A DNA stretch of 64,000 nt, from IMG/VR virus record IMGVR_UViG_3300045993_000562, positions 12,148-76,147 of that record; one strand, 5' to 3'. How positions within the stretch are numbered: position 1 is the stretch's first letter; each line of letters begins with the position of its first letter. This DNA is from a virus. Positions 37,065 to 47,096 of this stretch are shown here, in pieces. Both the position numbers and the translations under genes were made by a program. The notes under the pieces are model-generated. The model did not search any database and was not told the DNA's origin. It saw only the letters and a program-made list of their open reading frames with translations.

Positions 37065-37770
37065 ATTAACATCCCTCAATCAAATACCACAGTCCATCTC
37101 GTTAGAGTAAGGAAAGATCAACACACCTGAATTCATGAAGTAGTTACCGAAGTCCCTAAAGGACCGGCCACTAACAGGTGTTGCACTTTATACTAGTGTT
37201 GATAAAGTAAGTGATTGAAGGCTGCTAACTTACGGTTAAGTGGGAGTTTGGCCCTATGCCTTACTACTCGGGGGAGTCCGCCACTATGAGGTCATTTCTA
37301 TATGTTTCCACACGTACTTCTTCCTGACCTACCGCCTCGAAACAACTTCCTAGACTGGTTGCACCCAGTACTAGGCTTAGGATTCGTTATGGAGTTTTGC
37401 TGCAATACTCATCCATAACTCCGTTATCGCTTATCAGGCGACCCTTACATCCTTAGGTAGGGGATTTGAAAATCAGCATCAATAGCTACGCCTTTCGACT
37501 AACTATCAGGAGTCGTTCTCACTCCTGTTCCGTCTTTACGGCGGCTGCGGTTTAATATTGTATCCGCTCTTTTTTGAACTCAACGTAGTCTTGACTCAAA
37601 GGGGATAAGAGACAAGGCGTACTATTGATGCTGACTAGTCCATGGTTTCGCAATCATTGTAATGGGTGTGGAGTTGTAACCACCACTAACGATTACGACT
37701 TATTCACAGGAGAGACGCATGACCGTCCTACCACAGCCGGGCTTATCCACCACGAGTTTCACCGGTTTTG
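37065..37770 (-). ncRNA. Candidate large structured non-coding RNA(s)
   Basis: ~700 nt without ORF >=60 aa; long-range stems and GNRA-capped hairpins on the minus strand. Confidence 0.55.
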
Positions 37771-37775
37771 TATCT

Positions 37776-37928
37776 TTAAAACAACTTCTGCTGAATCATA
37801 GGCTTCGTCGTCAGTGCAACCCTCAGCTTTTGGAATATTGCTATCCCTAATTGCTTAGAAGGTCGTGACTTCATAACCGATGACATCTTGCTTATTTGCT
37901 TGAATCTTGGATCCAGTATCGTTGCCAT
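37776..37928 (-). CDS. 50-aa basic protein
   Basis: GAGG RBS; MATILDPRFKQISK...; promoter motif at 37966. Confidence 0.5.
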   Translation of the reverse strand: MATILDPRFKQISKMSSVMKSRPSKQLGIAIFQKLRVALTTKPMIQQKLF

Positions 37929-38184
37929 TTCAACCTCATGTTAAAGTGTTGTTCATTGCAAGATACTTATACCAAGACTAGGGGTGAAAATTTAATCCAG
38001 ATTAGAGGGGTATGACGGAGGGACAAATGTTCCCTTTAATTCTGTGCCCTTCAACACTTTCCCAATACTCTCCAGCACCTTACCCATCTCCTCATAAGAG
38101 GTAGGTACATTTGCACTGAAACCAATTTGCATACCGGCGATGGAGATTTTCCAACGCACGGTCTCATCCACCTTGATGTTGAGA

Positions 38185-38439
38185 TCAGGTAGATAAGAGT
38201 TGATGCGGCGGTTGATTATCACTGATAACAATTGTAGGACTTTCATGTCGAACCATTGCGCCAGTCTCTTTGCTAAATTGCCCATAGGCTCTCCTATACA
38301 TTGCCATTGCAAACGTTTCGTTGTCAGGGATACACAGTCTCCTGTGTAACTCCTGCTCTTCTCTTTTGTGCCCCTCTAAAATATCTAGATGTAAAATAAA
38401 GAGTTTCTTAATACCTTGACTAGCTATACTGTGTGTCAT
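38185..38439 (-). CDS. Hypothetical protein
   Basis: 84 aa, GAGG RBS. Confidence 0.45.
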   Translation of the reverse strand: MTHSIASQGIKKLFILHLDILEGHKREEQELHRRLCIPDNETFAMAMYRRAYGQFSKETGAMVRHESPTIVISDNQPPHQLLST

Positions 38440-38458
38440 TGTTTATACCTCTGAAGTG

Positions 38459-38540
38459 TGCCGGGGACAGGATTCGAACCTGCATGCCAAAAGGCGACGA
38501 GGCTTAAACTCGTTGCGTCTACCAGTTCCGCCACCCCGGC
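38459..38540 (-). tRNA. tRNA-Leu(TAA), no encoded CCA
   Basis: Leu-type D-arm, ACGAG-TTTAAGC-CTCGT. Confidence 0.9.
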
Positions 38541-38707
38541 ATTGATTCGGTTACAAACAGTTCCCAGCAGCTTTACACTGGTAAATAGCAGATTCCTTCC
38601 AGGTGTCCACTACTGTGAGTACTGGTTCTACCGGCATAGATTCTACCCACAGCCAGATAAACGCCATAGCCACTAGTAATACTAGCGTCATTTTTGAATC
38701 TTCCATG

Positions 38708-38962
38708 TCAGAACTCCACTCCTAATGTAACGGCATCCGTCTCTACTCTTTTAAATGCCCGGTTAAAAATACCCTGCAAAGCTGCAGCATCCTCTTGGGA
38801 TAGGACGAGAGTAGCACTGAAACCATCAGAGTTTTTCTGCCCCTCTTTAGGTTTGAAGGCTATTGCTACTTCATGCCCTGCGGCTACCTTTACTGCACAT
38901 GATGATAAGAATTGGCAATCGTTAACCAATCGTGCAGCTGTGTTTATTACTTTTGCTTTCAT
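38708..38962 (-). CDS. Hypothetical protein
   Basis: 84 aa, AGGAGG RBS. Confidence 0.6.
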   Translation of the reverse strand: MKAKVINTAARLVNDCQFLSSCAVKVAAGHEVAIAFKPKEGQKNSDGFSATLVLSQEDAAALQGIFNRAFKRVETDAVTLGVEF

Positions 38963-39002
38963 CGAGCCTCCTATTATCCACTTTAGTTTCCGCGTTGTTT
39001 AA

Positions 39003-39077
39003 TGGTGTCCTCGACGGGAATTGAACCCATACCTAGCCCTTAGGAGGGGCTTGTTGTATCCATTCAACTACAAGGAC
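39003..39077 (-). tRNA. tRNA-Arg(CCT)
   Basis: AGCCC-CTCCTAA-GGGCT, CCA. Confidence 0.93.
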
Positions 39078-39110
39078 GTTGTTTAAATGTTGCTTATTCA
39101 AAGCCAATCC

Positions 39111-39759
39111 TGGGCGGTACTGGACTTGAACCAGTGACCAAAGGATTCGTACCACTTCGTCTTTCGACGCCAACACTCCAAACTCCACCTTAGACTATAT
39201 ATCACCATCAGCGAGCTTCATTTCCTTTTAAGGATTATTGTTCGTGGTCTGGACTATGCTATCACCGTATTTACCCTTTAATACCTACTACTCTTCAATC
39301 GAGGCGTGGTCTATTTCGTAAACTTAGGCATTCCGTCTCTAGTCTCTACACCTTCCTTAAATCAGATTAGACACCTATTCGCTCCGTAGAGGGTGTTCTG
39401 GAAATCTGCACCACGGGATACAACTATTGTTTAAACCTTCATAATACAAGGTCTCCCAATTAAGGCTTGGCTCGGCGTTGGCATTCTAATTACAGGTACA
39501 CCCCTCTCTCATAGTCATGACGGAGTGTTTAAGTTTAGTGACTAACCTATTATTAGTGAAGCGTCCGCCGAATTTACGGAAATTCATCTAGCGTCTTTCG
39601 ATTGAGTTGTTACGCCAGTGTCCCGTGGAATGCCGTTACCGACAATTGCTTGACGGGAAAGGGGGCTTAGACTCACAGTAAAGACTACCAACTCATTTTT
39701 CACTAGCGCACAATTTTACTGATGAGTCCTCTGCTCTAAACCAACTGAGCTAACCGCCC
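39111..39759 (-). tRNA. tRNA-Ile2(CAT) interrupted by a group I intron (exons 39722-39759 and 39111-39147)
   Basis: Spliced anticodon arm GAGGA-CTCAT^AA-TCCTT; body resembles bacterial Ile2 tRNAs. Confidence 0.88.
39148..39721 (-). mobile_element. Group I self-splicing intron (Azoarcus tRNA-Ile type), 574 nt, no ORF
   Basis: AAATTCGGCG, AACGCCGAGCCAAG, GGTGTAGAGACTAGA, GCATAGTCCAG core; 5' exon ends in U, intron ends in G. Confidence 0.9.
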
Positions 39760-39785
39760 AGGATTGACTTTGAATGTACTGATTT

Positions 39786-40022
39786 TTAGTGCTTCTGACC
39801 AGTCACCTGTGCAACAAACAGAGTGAGTTCCCCGTCAACGGAACGGTCAGTCTTCTTGATACCGAGGTGGTGTTTGACACCTTCCAAGGTCTTGAACGCA
39901 GCATGAGGAGCTTGACCCTTGCTGACGTTTTCCTTTACAGCACTTGCAATCCCACCTTTACTGAAAAATTTGGTGAAATTGCGTTGTGTAGCTTCATCGT
40001 ACTTTTGTTGTACAGACTTCAT
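39786..40022 (-). CDS. Hypothetical protein
   Basis: 78 aa, AGGAG RBS, promoter motif at 40083. Confidence 0.65.
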   Translation of the reverse strand: MKSVQQKYDEATQRNFTKFFSKGGIASAVKENVSKGQAPHAAFKTLEGVKHHLGIKKTDRSVDGELTLFVAQVTGQKH

Positions 40023-40083
40023 AGCTTTCTCCTAATTGAGTTGAATGGTTTGGTCTCGCAAGTCTTAATTCCTTACAACTATC

Positions 40084-40311
40084 TTATACCACAGTTACTT
40101 CAGGTAATTGACCTACGCTAGGCTCTTCCCCGCTGAACAAAACACCAGCCAGGTTGAGTATGGAAGTAGCCTTAGGTAGGTTCATTAGCCTCACTTCCGA
40201 ACGTAGTACCAGGGGCCATACTTCATCCCACACCCATAGAAACTCCTTACGCAACATAACTACCTGTCGTCTAAGGTCCTCCATCTCTTTTACTAAGCTT
40301 TTATCAGGCAT
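40084..40311 (-). CDS. Hypothetical protein
   Basis: 75 aa, AAGGAG RBS. Confidence 0.5.
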   Translation of the reverse strand: MPDKSLVKEMEDLRRQVVMLRKEFLWVWDEVWPLVLRSEVRLMNLPKATSILNLAGVLFSGEEPSVGQLPEVTVV

Positions 40312-40688
40312 TGCATCTCCTTCGGAATTTCTACTTCATAACCCAGTTTACCTGCTACAAAACATCTCATAGCGGCGATAAGCACAGTAGGCCCATCACC
40401 AATGGGTAAATACCCGCTCTCTATGTAGCACTGCCATCCTATAACCTCCAATTTTTCATTACGGAACACGTTACTTTGTATTCCCTCTTTTTCGATGATC
40501 GGATATGACTCTGTAGGGTCGGTAGAGTACTGTGGTACACGGAAATCCTCATTACTGCTCTCCCAAGTCTCCTCGAAATAGCACGGCTTACCCATACAGG
40601 TCCCTACTCGTTTACCCAGAGCTTTAGCTACAAGCCAATCTAGTATCTGGCCGTCTACTTCTTGGACGTTAACTTTGATGGTTTCCAT
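40293..40688 (-). CDS. NinX/DUF2591-like phage protein
   Basis: LDWLVAKA...YSTD....PII...GPT.LIAAMRC.VA.KLG.EVEIP. Confidence 0.75.
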   Translation of the reverse strand: METIKVNVQEVDGQILDWLVAKALGKRVGTCMGKPCYFEETWESSNEDFRVPQYSTDPTESYPIIEKEGIQSNVFRNEKLEVIGWQCYIESGYLPIGDGPTVLIAAMRCFVAGKLGYEVEIPKEMQCLIKA

Positions 40689-40935
40689 AGAGGTATCTCC
40701 TAAATTCTACACAGCTAAGGATAAACCTCCACCTGTACTCCGGTAAGGTTGCGTGGTGGGGCTTTTCATGGCCCCGTTTTCTACTTTGCATCAGACTTCG
40801 ACGGTAAGTGCTGTACGTAGTTTTAACAAACTCCATACAAGCCTCCTTCCCGTCACGGCCTTCAACGAAGGGTATTCTGACCTGTTCAGAATTGAACGGA
40901 TTTGTAGATGTCATATACTCAACCTTTTCTTCCAT
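40669..40935 (-). CDS. Hypothetical protein
   Basis: 88 aa. Confidence 0.55.
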   Translation of the reverse strand: MEEKVEYMTSTNPFNSEQVRIPFVEGRDGKEACMEFVKTTYSTYRRSLMQSRKRGHEKPHHATLPEYRWRFILSCVEFRRYLYGNHQS

Positions 40936-41126
40936 TGTTTAACGTCCTTTTTCCCATCTCCCTTTCCAGTTCCAATATCCACTGTTTTAGGATAGGCTTC
41001 ATCCTCTCTGTCCTAGAGTAGCTACTATCAAAAACTTTAGCCTCAAAAAGCTCAGACTCCAATTGGTATATTCCCCGTTTAGAGTAGTAAGCCTCAGCAT
41101 TCCACTTGACAGGAGTATACGCCATA

Positions 41127-41543
41127 CTAGGGAATAACGGAGTTAACACAGTTAGCCGTATCTGGCACTGGTGGGATTGAGGCGCTTATCTTTCTTTCTA
41201 CTCTATCAATGCAGTAAGGGCACGTAGCAGCTGAGCCTGTCTTTATTGATACATGGACCCACATGAGGTTAGATACTGCATCTACTCCGCCACAGGCTAA
41301 AGGTATTACATGATTCATCTGCCATCCAGGGCATTTGCCTGTTGGTAGTCCAGTTGACGGACATGGGTGTATCTTTTGAAAGGCTTTAAGAACATCAGCC
41401 CTACGGATAATGTCTCCACTTGCATTCCTCTTCACTACGTCGGTGTACCTGGTCTCAATCAAAGGATCTGCCAGCTGACCTGAATGACTAGAACATGCTA
41501 ATAGACTGAGTATTAGTGCTACGATCATTACTATGTATTTCAT
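41127..41543 (-). CDS. Exported/lipoprotein HNH-like protein
   Basis: LLAC lipobox-like; FQKIHPCPSTG...CPGWQMNHVIPLACGG.D..SNL.W. Confidence 0.7.
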   Translation of the reverse strand: MKYIVMIVALILSLLACSSHSGQLADPLIETRYTDVVKRNASGDIIRRADVLKAFQKIHPCPSTGLPTGKCPGWQMNHVIPLACGGVDAVSNLMWVHVSIKTGSAATCPYCIDRVERKISASIPPVPDTANCVNSVIP

Positions 41544-41660
41544 AAGTTTCTCCTAAATGTGTATTTTAAGTCTTGTTCTCTTTAGTCTTATACCATCTTT
41601 AAGCACAAATAATTAAGGCCTCCGAAGAGGCCCTAATTTAATTACTACGTACTGGCTGCT

Positions 41661-41924
41661 TTAGATTTCAAGGTTGCTAGACTGACGAATACGGATAGTC
41701 TTTTTAGCAGGGATCTGCAAAGCCGCACCGGTGTTAGGATTACGGCCCATACGAGCTTGGCGGCTAACAACCTTCAATTTACCAATTCCAGACAGTGTTA
41801 CATCGTCCCCGCTCTTAAGAACTGCTGAGATGACGTCAAGAAAGTGATTTAACCTACGTTCTGCCTCCGCTTTAGAAATATCCCCAGTTTTTGCCAATGC
41901 TGCTACGATTGCTTGCTTGTTCAT
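41661..41924 (-). CDS. HU-family DNA-binding protein
   Basis: MNKQAIV...V.LSGIGK....RQARMGRNPNTG..LQIPAK. Confidence 0.92.
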   Translation of the reverse strand: MNKQAIVAALAKTGDISKAEAERRLNHFLDVISAVLKSGDDVTLSGIGKLKVVSRQARMGRNPNTGAALQIPAKKTIRIRQSSNLEI

Positions 41925-41965
41925 GTTTGTTCTCTCTTATTATTATTATTATTATTATTATGGTG

Positions 41966-42262
41966 TTATTTCAAAGGCTCTAGAACCGCAATCAAACCGA
42001 ACGTCTGATTAACTGGAGCTAGTTGCTTACTGTATGCTTCACGTACTGCATAGAACTCGTCGTCTGCGTACACAATGCCCAGTGAAGGTTTAGGACCCCA
42101 CTTCTTTACGTTCCATCCAGAGTCTGGGTAGATGTAAAATCTTGCATTACCGTGACCATAGAAGTTACGGTAGTTTTGGATTCCTTGAGGCTTACGATTA
42201 ACCCAAGGCTTCTTCTTTGTTGCCACTGCTACTACTGGTGTTACACTTTTCGCTTCGCTCAT
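41966..42262 (-). CDS. Hypothetical protein
   Basis: 98 aa; upstream TTGACT-N17-CATAAT promoter. Confidence 0.65.
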   Translation of the reverse strand: MSEAKSVTPVVAVATKKKPWVNRKPQGIQNYRNFYGHGNARFYIYPDSGWNVKKWGPKPSLGIVYADDEFYAVREAYSKQLAPVNQTFGLIAVLEPLK

Positions 42263-42364
42263 TTTCCCGTCTCCGGTGTTGTTGTTGAGGATTGAATTAT
42301 GAATGAAGCTAAAAAAGAAGTCAAGCGAAATTGAAGAAATACCCTCAATTTCGCCACGACATCA

Positions 42365-45256
42365 CTACCTATCGTTTAACCCTGCTATGTTTCTGATACA
42401 GTTAGGTGCTTTACTGGCATCTATCTGCAAGACTTCTCGCCTATGTAATCCTAATATTGCAGTAGCCCTATCCTTTATGTAGTAAGGCTCATCACGAATA
42501 GCTGCAAGTACGGCATTACGAGAGAACGGGAAATTCCTTCCACAAGAGTCATCCACTGCTTTATACACAGCTGAAAACCACACATTCAAAGTGGTACCAT
42601 TCACACTTACATGATTCTCGTTGATGGTTCTAGCGTTACCCTCTTTAGCCATCAAATGCTCCACTTCTTCAAAGAACTGAGCCACGGTAGACTCACTTTT
42701 CTGAGCAGAACTATCTATGGTAGAGGCCTCATACAAGTACTTGCGCATATCAAATTCAGGCAGATACTTCTCAGCTAGCCTTATTGCAAAGATGCCCACT
42801 ATAGACCAACTTTTAGACTTACGAGCAGAGCCTTTAGTAGCTTCACGTATCTCCTTGTCAAGCTTCCGCATTTCACCCTTCAAAGCTTCATGGTCTTCGT
42901 TGACTGACTCCAGTATCCACTTATATCCGACAGAGGATAGTAGATCACGGTTATCATCAAACCATCTAAATGACTTGTCTGTTTCACGACCCTTGCCTTC
43001 CATGTTCTTCAAGCGTACTACTAGACAACGTTCCTTAGTAGCTGGATCGGTAAATTGATCCTCACCGGAGAACATCATACAACATCTGATCACTCGCTCT
43101 TTAATAGTATGACCATCCTTAGTACCTAATGGCCTACTACCCCTATCAAAGAAATCCCGTAATGCACTTTGATGCTCGGCTGTTTCCTTATCTGCACGAA
43201 TCTCATCTACCCACAGAGGCAGGGATGCGTAGTACCCGGCCTTAAGAGCCAACCCAACACCGGTCTTTATCTGAGCCACTGCAGTTCTGGTTCTAGCCAA
43301 GTCATACAAGTCCATTATCCATGAGCATACCGAACCTTTACCCTGTCCAGCAGTACCCCACACGAACAACATAGGGAAGTTACGGTTCATTTTGAAGACG
43401 GTATTTGAGTACGCACACGCATTCATCCAGCCTAGCATTATAAGTGCTTCACCAGGATCATTCAGGTTGGCTACCAGGTTCTTAACAACATTACCGGTAA
43501 ACTCGTCTCGTTCTTCCTTGGTCAACTCGTCATTTAAGTAAGGGAGATTCATGTCCTCACCGTCTACATGATTACTAACGTTGATGGACTCTGGTTTTAT
43601 TCCTGAAGTCTTGCCACTTAACCAAGTGATACCGTTGTCGTCAGGTTTAATTATAGACCCAGTATCGGATATGAACATGTTCCTAAAAATCCAACCACGC
43701 TGTCTATCCACCCTACCTACCCATCGAGTAGTTTTGACTTCGTTTTCACCCTTAGCGAACACCAACTCCCAGGTAACTATAAGGTCATTGTCTGTGCCCC
43801 AGAAATCGCCATCAACTGCATTTGCAAGTAAGGTCCTAAACGAACGGATAGAAGTCTTAATATCGGATTTAACCTCAACAGGCTCGCTTATCTTACCTGT
43901 CTCCTTAATGATCCTTACTTCCCTCTTGCGGTCACCATCATTATCCACGAACACATTAAGGAGTCTGATTACACAGTTACTTATCTTCTTGTAAGAAGGT
44001 ACCCCCTCCTTAAACACCATCTTATAGTAGCATCCGTCCTTCTCCATAATAGGACTGCTACCCTCTGGCTCGTTACCTTCTGATCCTGAATCCCCTTCTA
44101 CTTTCACTTGACCCATAATGGGAACTTGGGCGGTAGAGGTAATTCCAGAGGAGATGATGATGGATGAGCTAGCTTTAACGGTAGTTACGTTGTCATTCAA
44201 GAACTTAACGATATCCACTCCACCCGCTGCCAGATGGTCATCTATGTCCTTACCTTCCGGTGGCAATACATGAGTGAGACTCTTAAAGTTACCCTTAATC
44301 TTCTCCAGTTTCTCACGATACTTATCTCCAGCAGCATCCGGATCGAACGCAGTTACTATATGCTTAGAGCTGAGGTTCTCACGCAGCCAGTCTAACTGAC
44401 TACCGCTGATCTGACCTATAGTGCCGATGACCGACAACTTTGCAGGGTCTGAGTTCTCCCAAGAACTGATCACGTCATTCTCACCCTCTACTAGAAGTAC
44501 CGAGTCAGCTAGACGGGTTGAGTCCTGACCATAGAAGGTTGCGCCGTTAAGCACGAACTTATTAGGTAGCTGGTACGCAATCTTCTTATTAGGATCCTTA
44601 AAGGTAAAGTGACTAGGTCTACCTTTACTCATGTGTGGATAGATGAAGCAGTCGTTAGGTAAGAAGTCCTTACCTGTCTTAGTGTGTTTAAGACCTGCCT
44701 CCAGCAACAGCTCAGGATCGTATCCTAGGCTCTCTAGATACTCGATGAGGCCACCATCTGACCAACCGATGTGAAAGTGTTCTAGGGCCCTTACAGAGTG
44801 TTTACGGACCCTTGTCTGATACTCTATAGGTGTCATACCACTCAGTTTCTTCTGAGGAGAGTTACATGACTCCATGAAGCATACCCTATAGTAGTTGGCA
44901 GCAGCAGTGAATACGTCTTGAATAGGATTGAAATCACGTGGAAGTTGGATGGAGTATTCCTTAGCCAGCTCTTTAGCCGCTTCTACTAACGAGATCTTCT
45001 TACGCTCTGCTCTCCACTGGATTACATCTCCATGTGAGTCGCAGCTAAAGCAATGGTAGATGTTGTCTGAATAGTCTTCAGAGTTACGACTGCTCTTGAT
45101 CTTGAAGCAATCCATATGTCCGCAGAATGGACATCCACCCTGATCTTGCTCATCTACTATGGCAAAAGTATCTGTACCTGCCTCTTTTAAATCTAAATCT
45201 AAATCTTTGGAAATGACTTCTAACAAGTCAACTTTTGACTTTACTGTATTAAACAT
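42365..45256 (-). CDS. DNA primase-helicase (Zn finger + TOPRIM + C-terminal P-loop domain)
   Basis: CPFC..CFSC; LVEGENDV, AFDPDAAG, KDIDD; GTAGQGKGS, WVDE. Confidence 0.85.
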   Translation of the reverse strand: MFNTVKSKVDLLEVISKDLDLDLKEAGTDTFAIVDEQDQGGCPFCGHMDCFKIKSSRNSEDYSDNIYHCFSCDSHGDVIQWRAERKKISLVEAAKELAKEYSIQLPRDFNPIQDVFTAAANYYRVCFMESCNSPQKKLSGMTPIEYQTRVRKHSVRALEHFHIGWSDGGLIEYLESLGYDPELLLEAGLKHTKTGKDFLPNDCFIYPHMSKGRPSHFTFKDPNKKIAYQLPNKFVLNGATFYGQDSTRLADSVLLVEGENDVISSWENSDPAKLSVIGTIGQISGSQLDWLRENLSSKHIVTAFDPDAAGDKYREKLEKIKGNFKSLTHVLPPEGKDIDDHLAAGGVDIVKFLNDNVTTVKASSSIIISSGITSTAQVPIMGQVKVEGDSGSEGNEPEGSSPIMEKDGCYYKMVFKEGVPSYKKISNCVIRLLNVFVDNDGDRKREVRIIKETGKISEPVEVKSDIKTSIRSFRTLLANAVDGDFWGTDNDLIVTWELVFAKGENEVKTTRWVGRVDRQRGWIFRNMFISDTGSIIKPDDNGITWLSGKTSGIKPESINVSNHVDGEDMNLPYLNDELTKEERDEFTGNVVKNLVANLNDPGEALIMLGWMNACAYSNTVFKMNRNFPMLFVWGTAGQGKGSVCSWIMDLYDLARTRTAVAQIKTGVGLALKAGYYASLPLWVDEIRADKETAEHQSALRDFFDRGSRPLGTKDGHTIKERVIRCCMMFSGEDQFTDPATKERCLVVRLKNMEGKGRETDKSFRWFDDNRDLLSSVGYKWILESVNEDHEALKGEMRKLDKEIREATKGSARKSKSWSIVGIFAIRLAEKYLPEFDMRKYLYEASTIDSSAQKSESTVAQFFEEVEHLMAKEGNARTINENHVSVNGTTLNVWFSAVYKAVDDSCGRNFPFSRNAVLAAIRDEPYYIKDRATAILGLHRREVLQIDASKAPNCIRNIAGLNDR

Positions 45257-45323
45257 TGTTTGGTTCCCCAATTGGTTTTGCTAACCCAATTATAACAGGG
45301 TCAGGGTTTAAAGTGTAGTGCTG

Positions 45324-45584
45324 TTAACATAGCTTGCCAGTATGACAAGTAATATCGTATGGCCAAGTGTAAGGAGCTCCAGTTACATGGACAGGAAGTA
45401 TGGGTGGCCATGCATCAACAGGCTTACGTGGAATGTACTCATCCAATTTTACATCTGGCGTTACTTTAGTGAACACTAACTTGAGATGATTCCTTATTAC
45501 TTCTAATTGTGCAGCAGAAAGCTCCTTCGAGTCTGTTAACTCGAAGAAGCCCTGAAGCCAGTATGCAAATGCTTCTGGGGTCAT
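45324..45584 (-). CDS. Conserved phage hypothetical protein
   Basis: MTPEAFAYWLQGFFEL...I.NHL.LVF.KVTP. Confidence 0.65.
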   Translation of the reverse strand: MTPEAFAYWLQGFFELTDSKELSAAQLEVIRNHLKLVFTKVTPDVKLDEYIPRKPVDAWPPILPVHVTGAPYTWPYDITCHTGKLC

Positions 45585-45585
45585 A

Positions 45586-46545
45586 TCATTCCACTTTCTT
45601 GATAGTAAAGTACTTTTTAGTACTAGATTCATTTTCTTTCAAAAGTCCAGCCTTGCATTCTTCATCGAACTCGCAATACTGGCACTGGCTACCACGAACG
45701 TGCTTAAAGAACCCTTTCTCTTTGGTGCTATCAACTGCACCATTGATTCTCCAGTCCAAGTCTACACGCAGGTCTTTCTCAATCATTGCACGGTCTTTGT
45801 AGTCACCCCAAATCAACTTACCTTCTTTGATGAAGTGAATACCTGATTGTGCTCCAGTAACTGGCTCGATGCCATGATGGAACAATACCTTATACGTATC
45901 TAACTGAGGCTGGTAGTTCTTGGTAGTGTTATTAAACTCACCACCACCGTGCTTGTGGTCAATGATAAGCAGATCTGATGATTTAGGATCAGAGACTTCT
46001 AACTGAATGATTAAGTCAATGATACCCCTAAAGTATACGTCGTCACCGAAGAATCCAGTAGGTTCGTAATCTTTAGTAATGCCAAGCTTCAACTCAGTAT
46101 GGACACGTTTAACCTTAAGGTTAGTGTGCATTGTATCCATTCTCCTAGCAAAGTCACCGATGCTGCCTACCAGTGTTTCGATACGTTCATTCCACTGTTC
46201 TTGAGTAAGAGAGGCTTTACCGAAACCTCCGGCTTTAGCTCCTACGATCTCTTTCTCAGCTTCTTTCATAGCGGAGGTTACGTCTTTGCCTCTCATCACC
46301 AACTCAAGCACCCTATGGGCGCTAGTACCTATGTCAGAGATAAGCGTGTCACGAGTTAGGTAATCACGCTTAACCTTAAGTATGTACTTTAAGTAGAATT
46401 GATAAGGGCATTGCTTAAGCATTTTTAACTTAGAGAACGACCAAGGACCGAGCGCATACTTATCCAGAAGTATGTCTGTAATCTTAGACTCAGCTACCTT
46501 TACGTCGTCTATAAGTCTATCTACAGGAGTTAAAGTTTTACTCAT
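45586..46545 (-). CDS. PD-(D/E)XK exonuclease (RecB/Cas4-like)
   Basis: WSFSKL...CP, G..AH, GIIDL, IIDHK, QL..Y, CQYCEF...C. Confidence 0.82.
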   Translation of the reverse strand: MSKTLTPVDRLIDDVKVAESKITDILLDKYALGPWSFSKLKMLKQCPYQFYLKYILKVKRDYLTRDTLISDIGTSAHRVLELVMRGKDVTSAMKEAEKEIVGAKAGGFGKASLTQEQWNERIETLVGSIGDFARRMDTMHTNLKVKRVHTELKLGITKDYEPTGFFGDDVYFRGIIDLIIQLEVSDPKSSDLLIIDHKHGGGEFNNTTKNYQPQLDTYKVLFHHGIEPVTGAQSGIHFIKEGKLIWGDYKDRAMIEKDLRVDLDWRINGAVDSTKEKGFFKHVRGSQCQYCEFDEECKAGLLKENESSTKKYFTIKKVE

Positions 46546-47042
46546 TAATGAACCGTTATATTTCCAGTCCCTACTATTGAAGGGCTTATTGTTTGAGCAT
46601 TGGGTGCGCTGTAGTTCAATGACTGTCCAGTTAATGAACTCATCAATTCCAACGTACCGTTAACTCTTTCTTCCGTCATGTAATCTGGCAACAACTTAGA
46701 GCCAGCTTCAGACAGGTAATCCAGATATAGAAACCTGAACTTGTGGGATACTACAGTGACTAGAGCTACAGATGCTTTTAATACTCTGATTACAGATGAG
46801 TCGTACAGTGGATCCACTTCAATGTCACTATCTGGAGTAGGTCTGACCATTCTCGCTGGAGCTCCGACTAAAAAAGAGTCTTCAGTTTCTAGGATAGCTA
46901 CACCGAAAACAACCTTGCCGTCTACTAGATAGAAACACCTGCACTTAGGGTATTTGTCACTTTGAAAATTATCTGATAACTCAACAATCTGCTTCATGTG
47001 AAGCGGTAATTTGTCGAAGTCTATTTTATCCCTATTTGCCAT
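46545..47042 (-). CDS. Hypothetical protein
   Basis: 165 aa. Confidence 0.6.
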   Translation of the reverse strand: MANRDKIDFDKLPLHMKQIVELSDNFQSDKYPKCRCFYLVDGKVVFGVAILETEDSFLVGAPARMVRPTPDSDIEVDPLYDSSVIRVLKASVALVTVVSHKFRFLYLDYLSEAGSKLLPDYMTEERVNGTLELMSSLTGQSLNYSAPNAQTISPSIVGTGNITVH

Positions 47043-47096
47043 ATTGTTATTATTGTTGTCTTTAAACGGGACCGCACTAGGCGGCCCCTTGGCTTA

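Noticed and set aside
45586-46545. Cas4-like nuclease as part of a CRISPR system
   Set aside because: No array or other cas genes; it sits in the replication/recombination cluster
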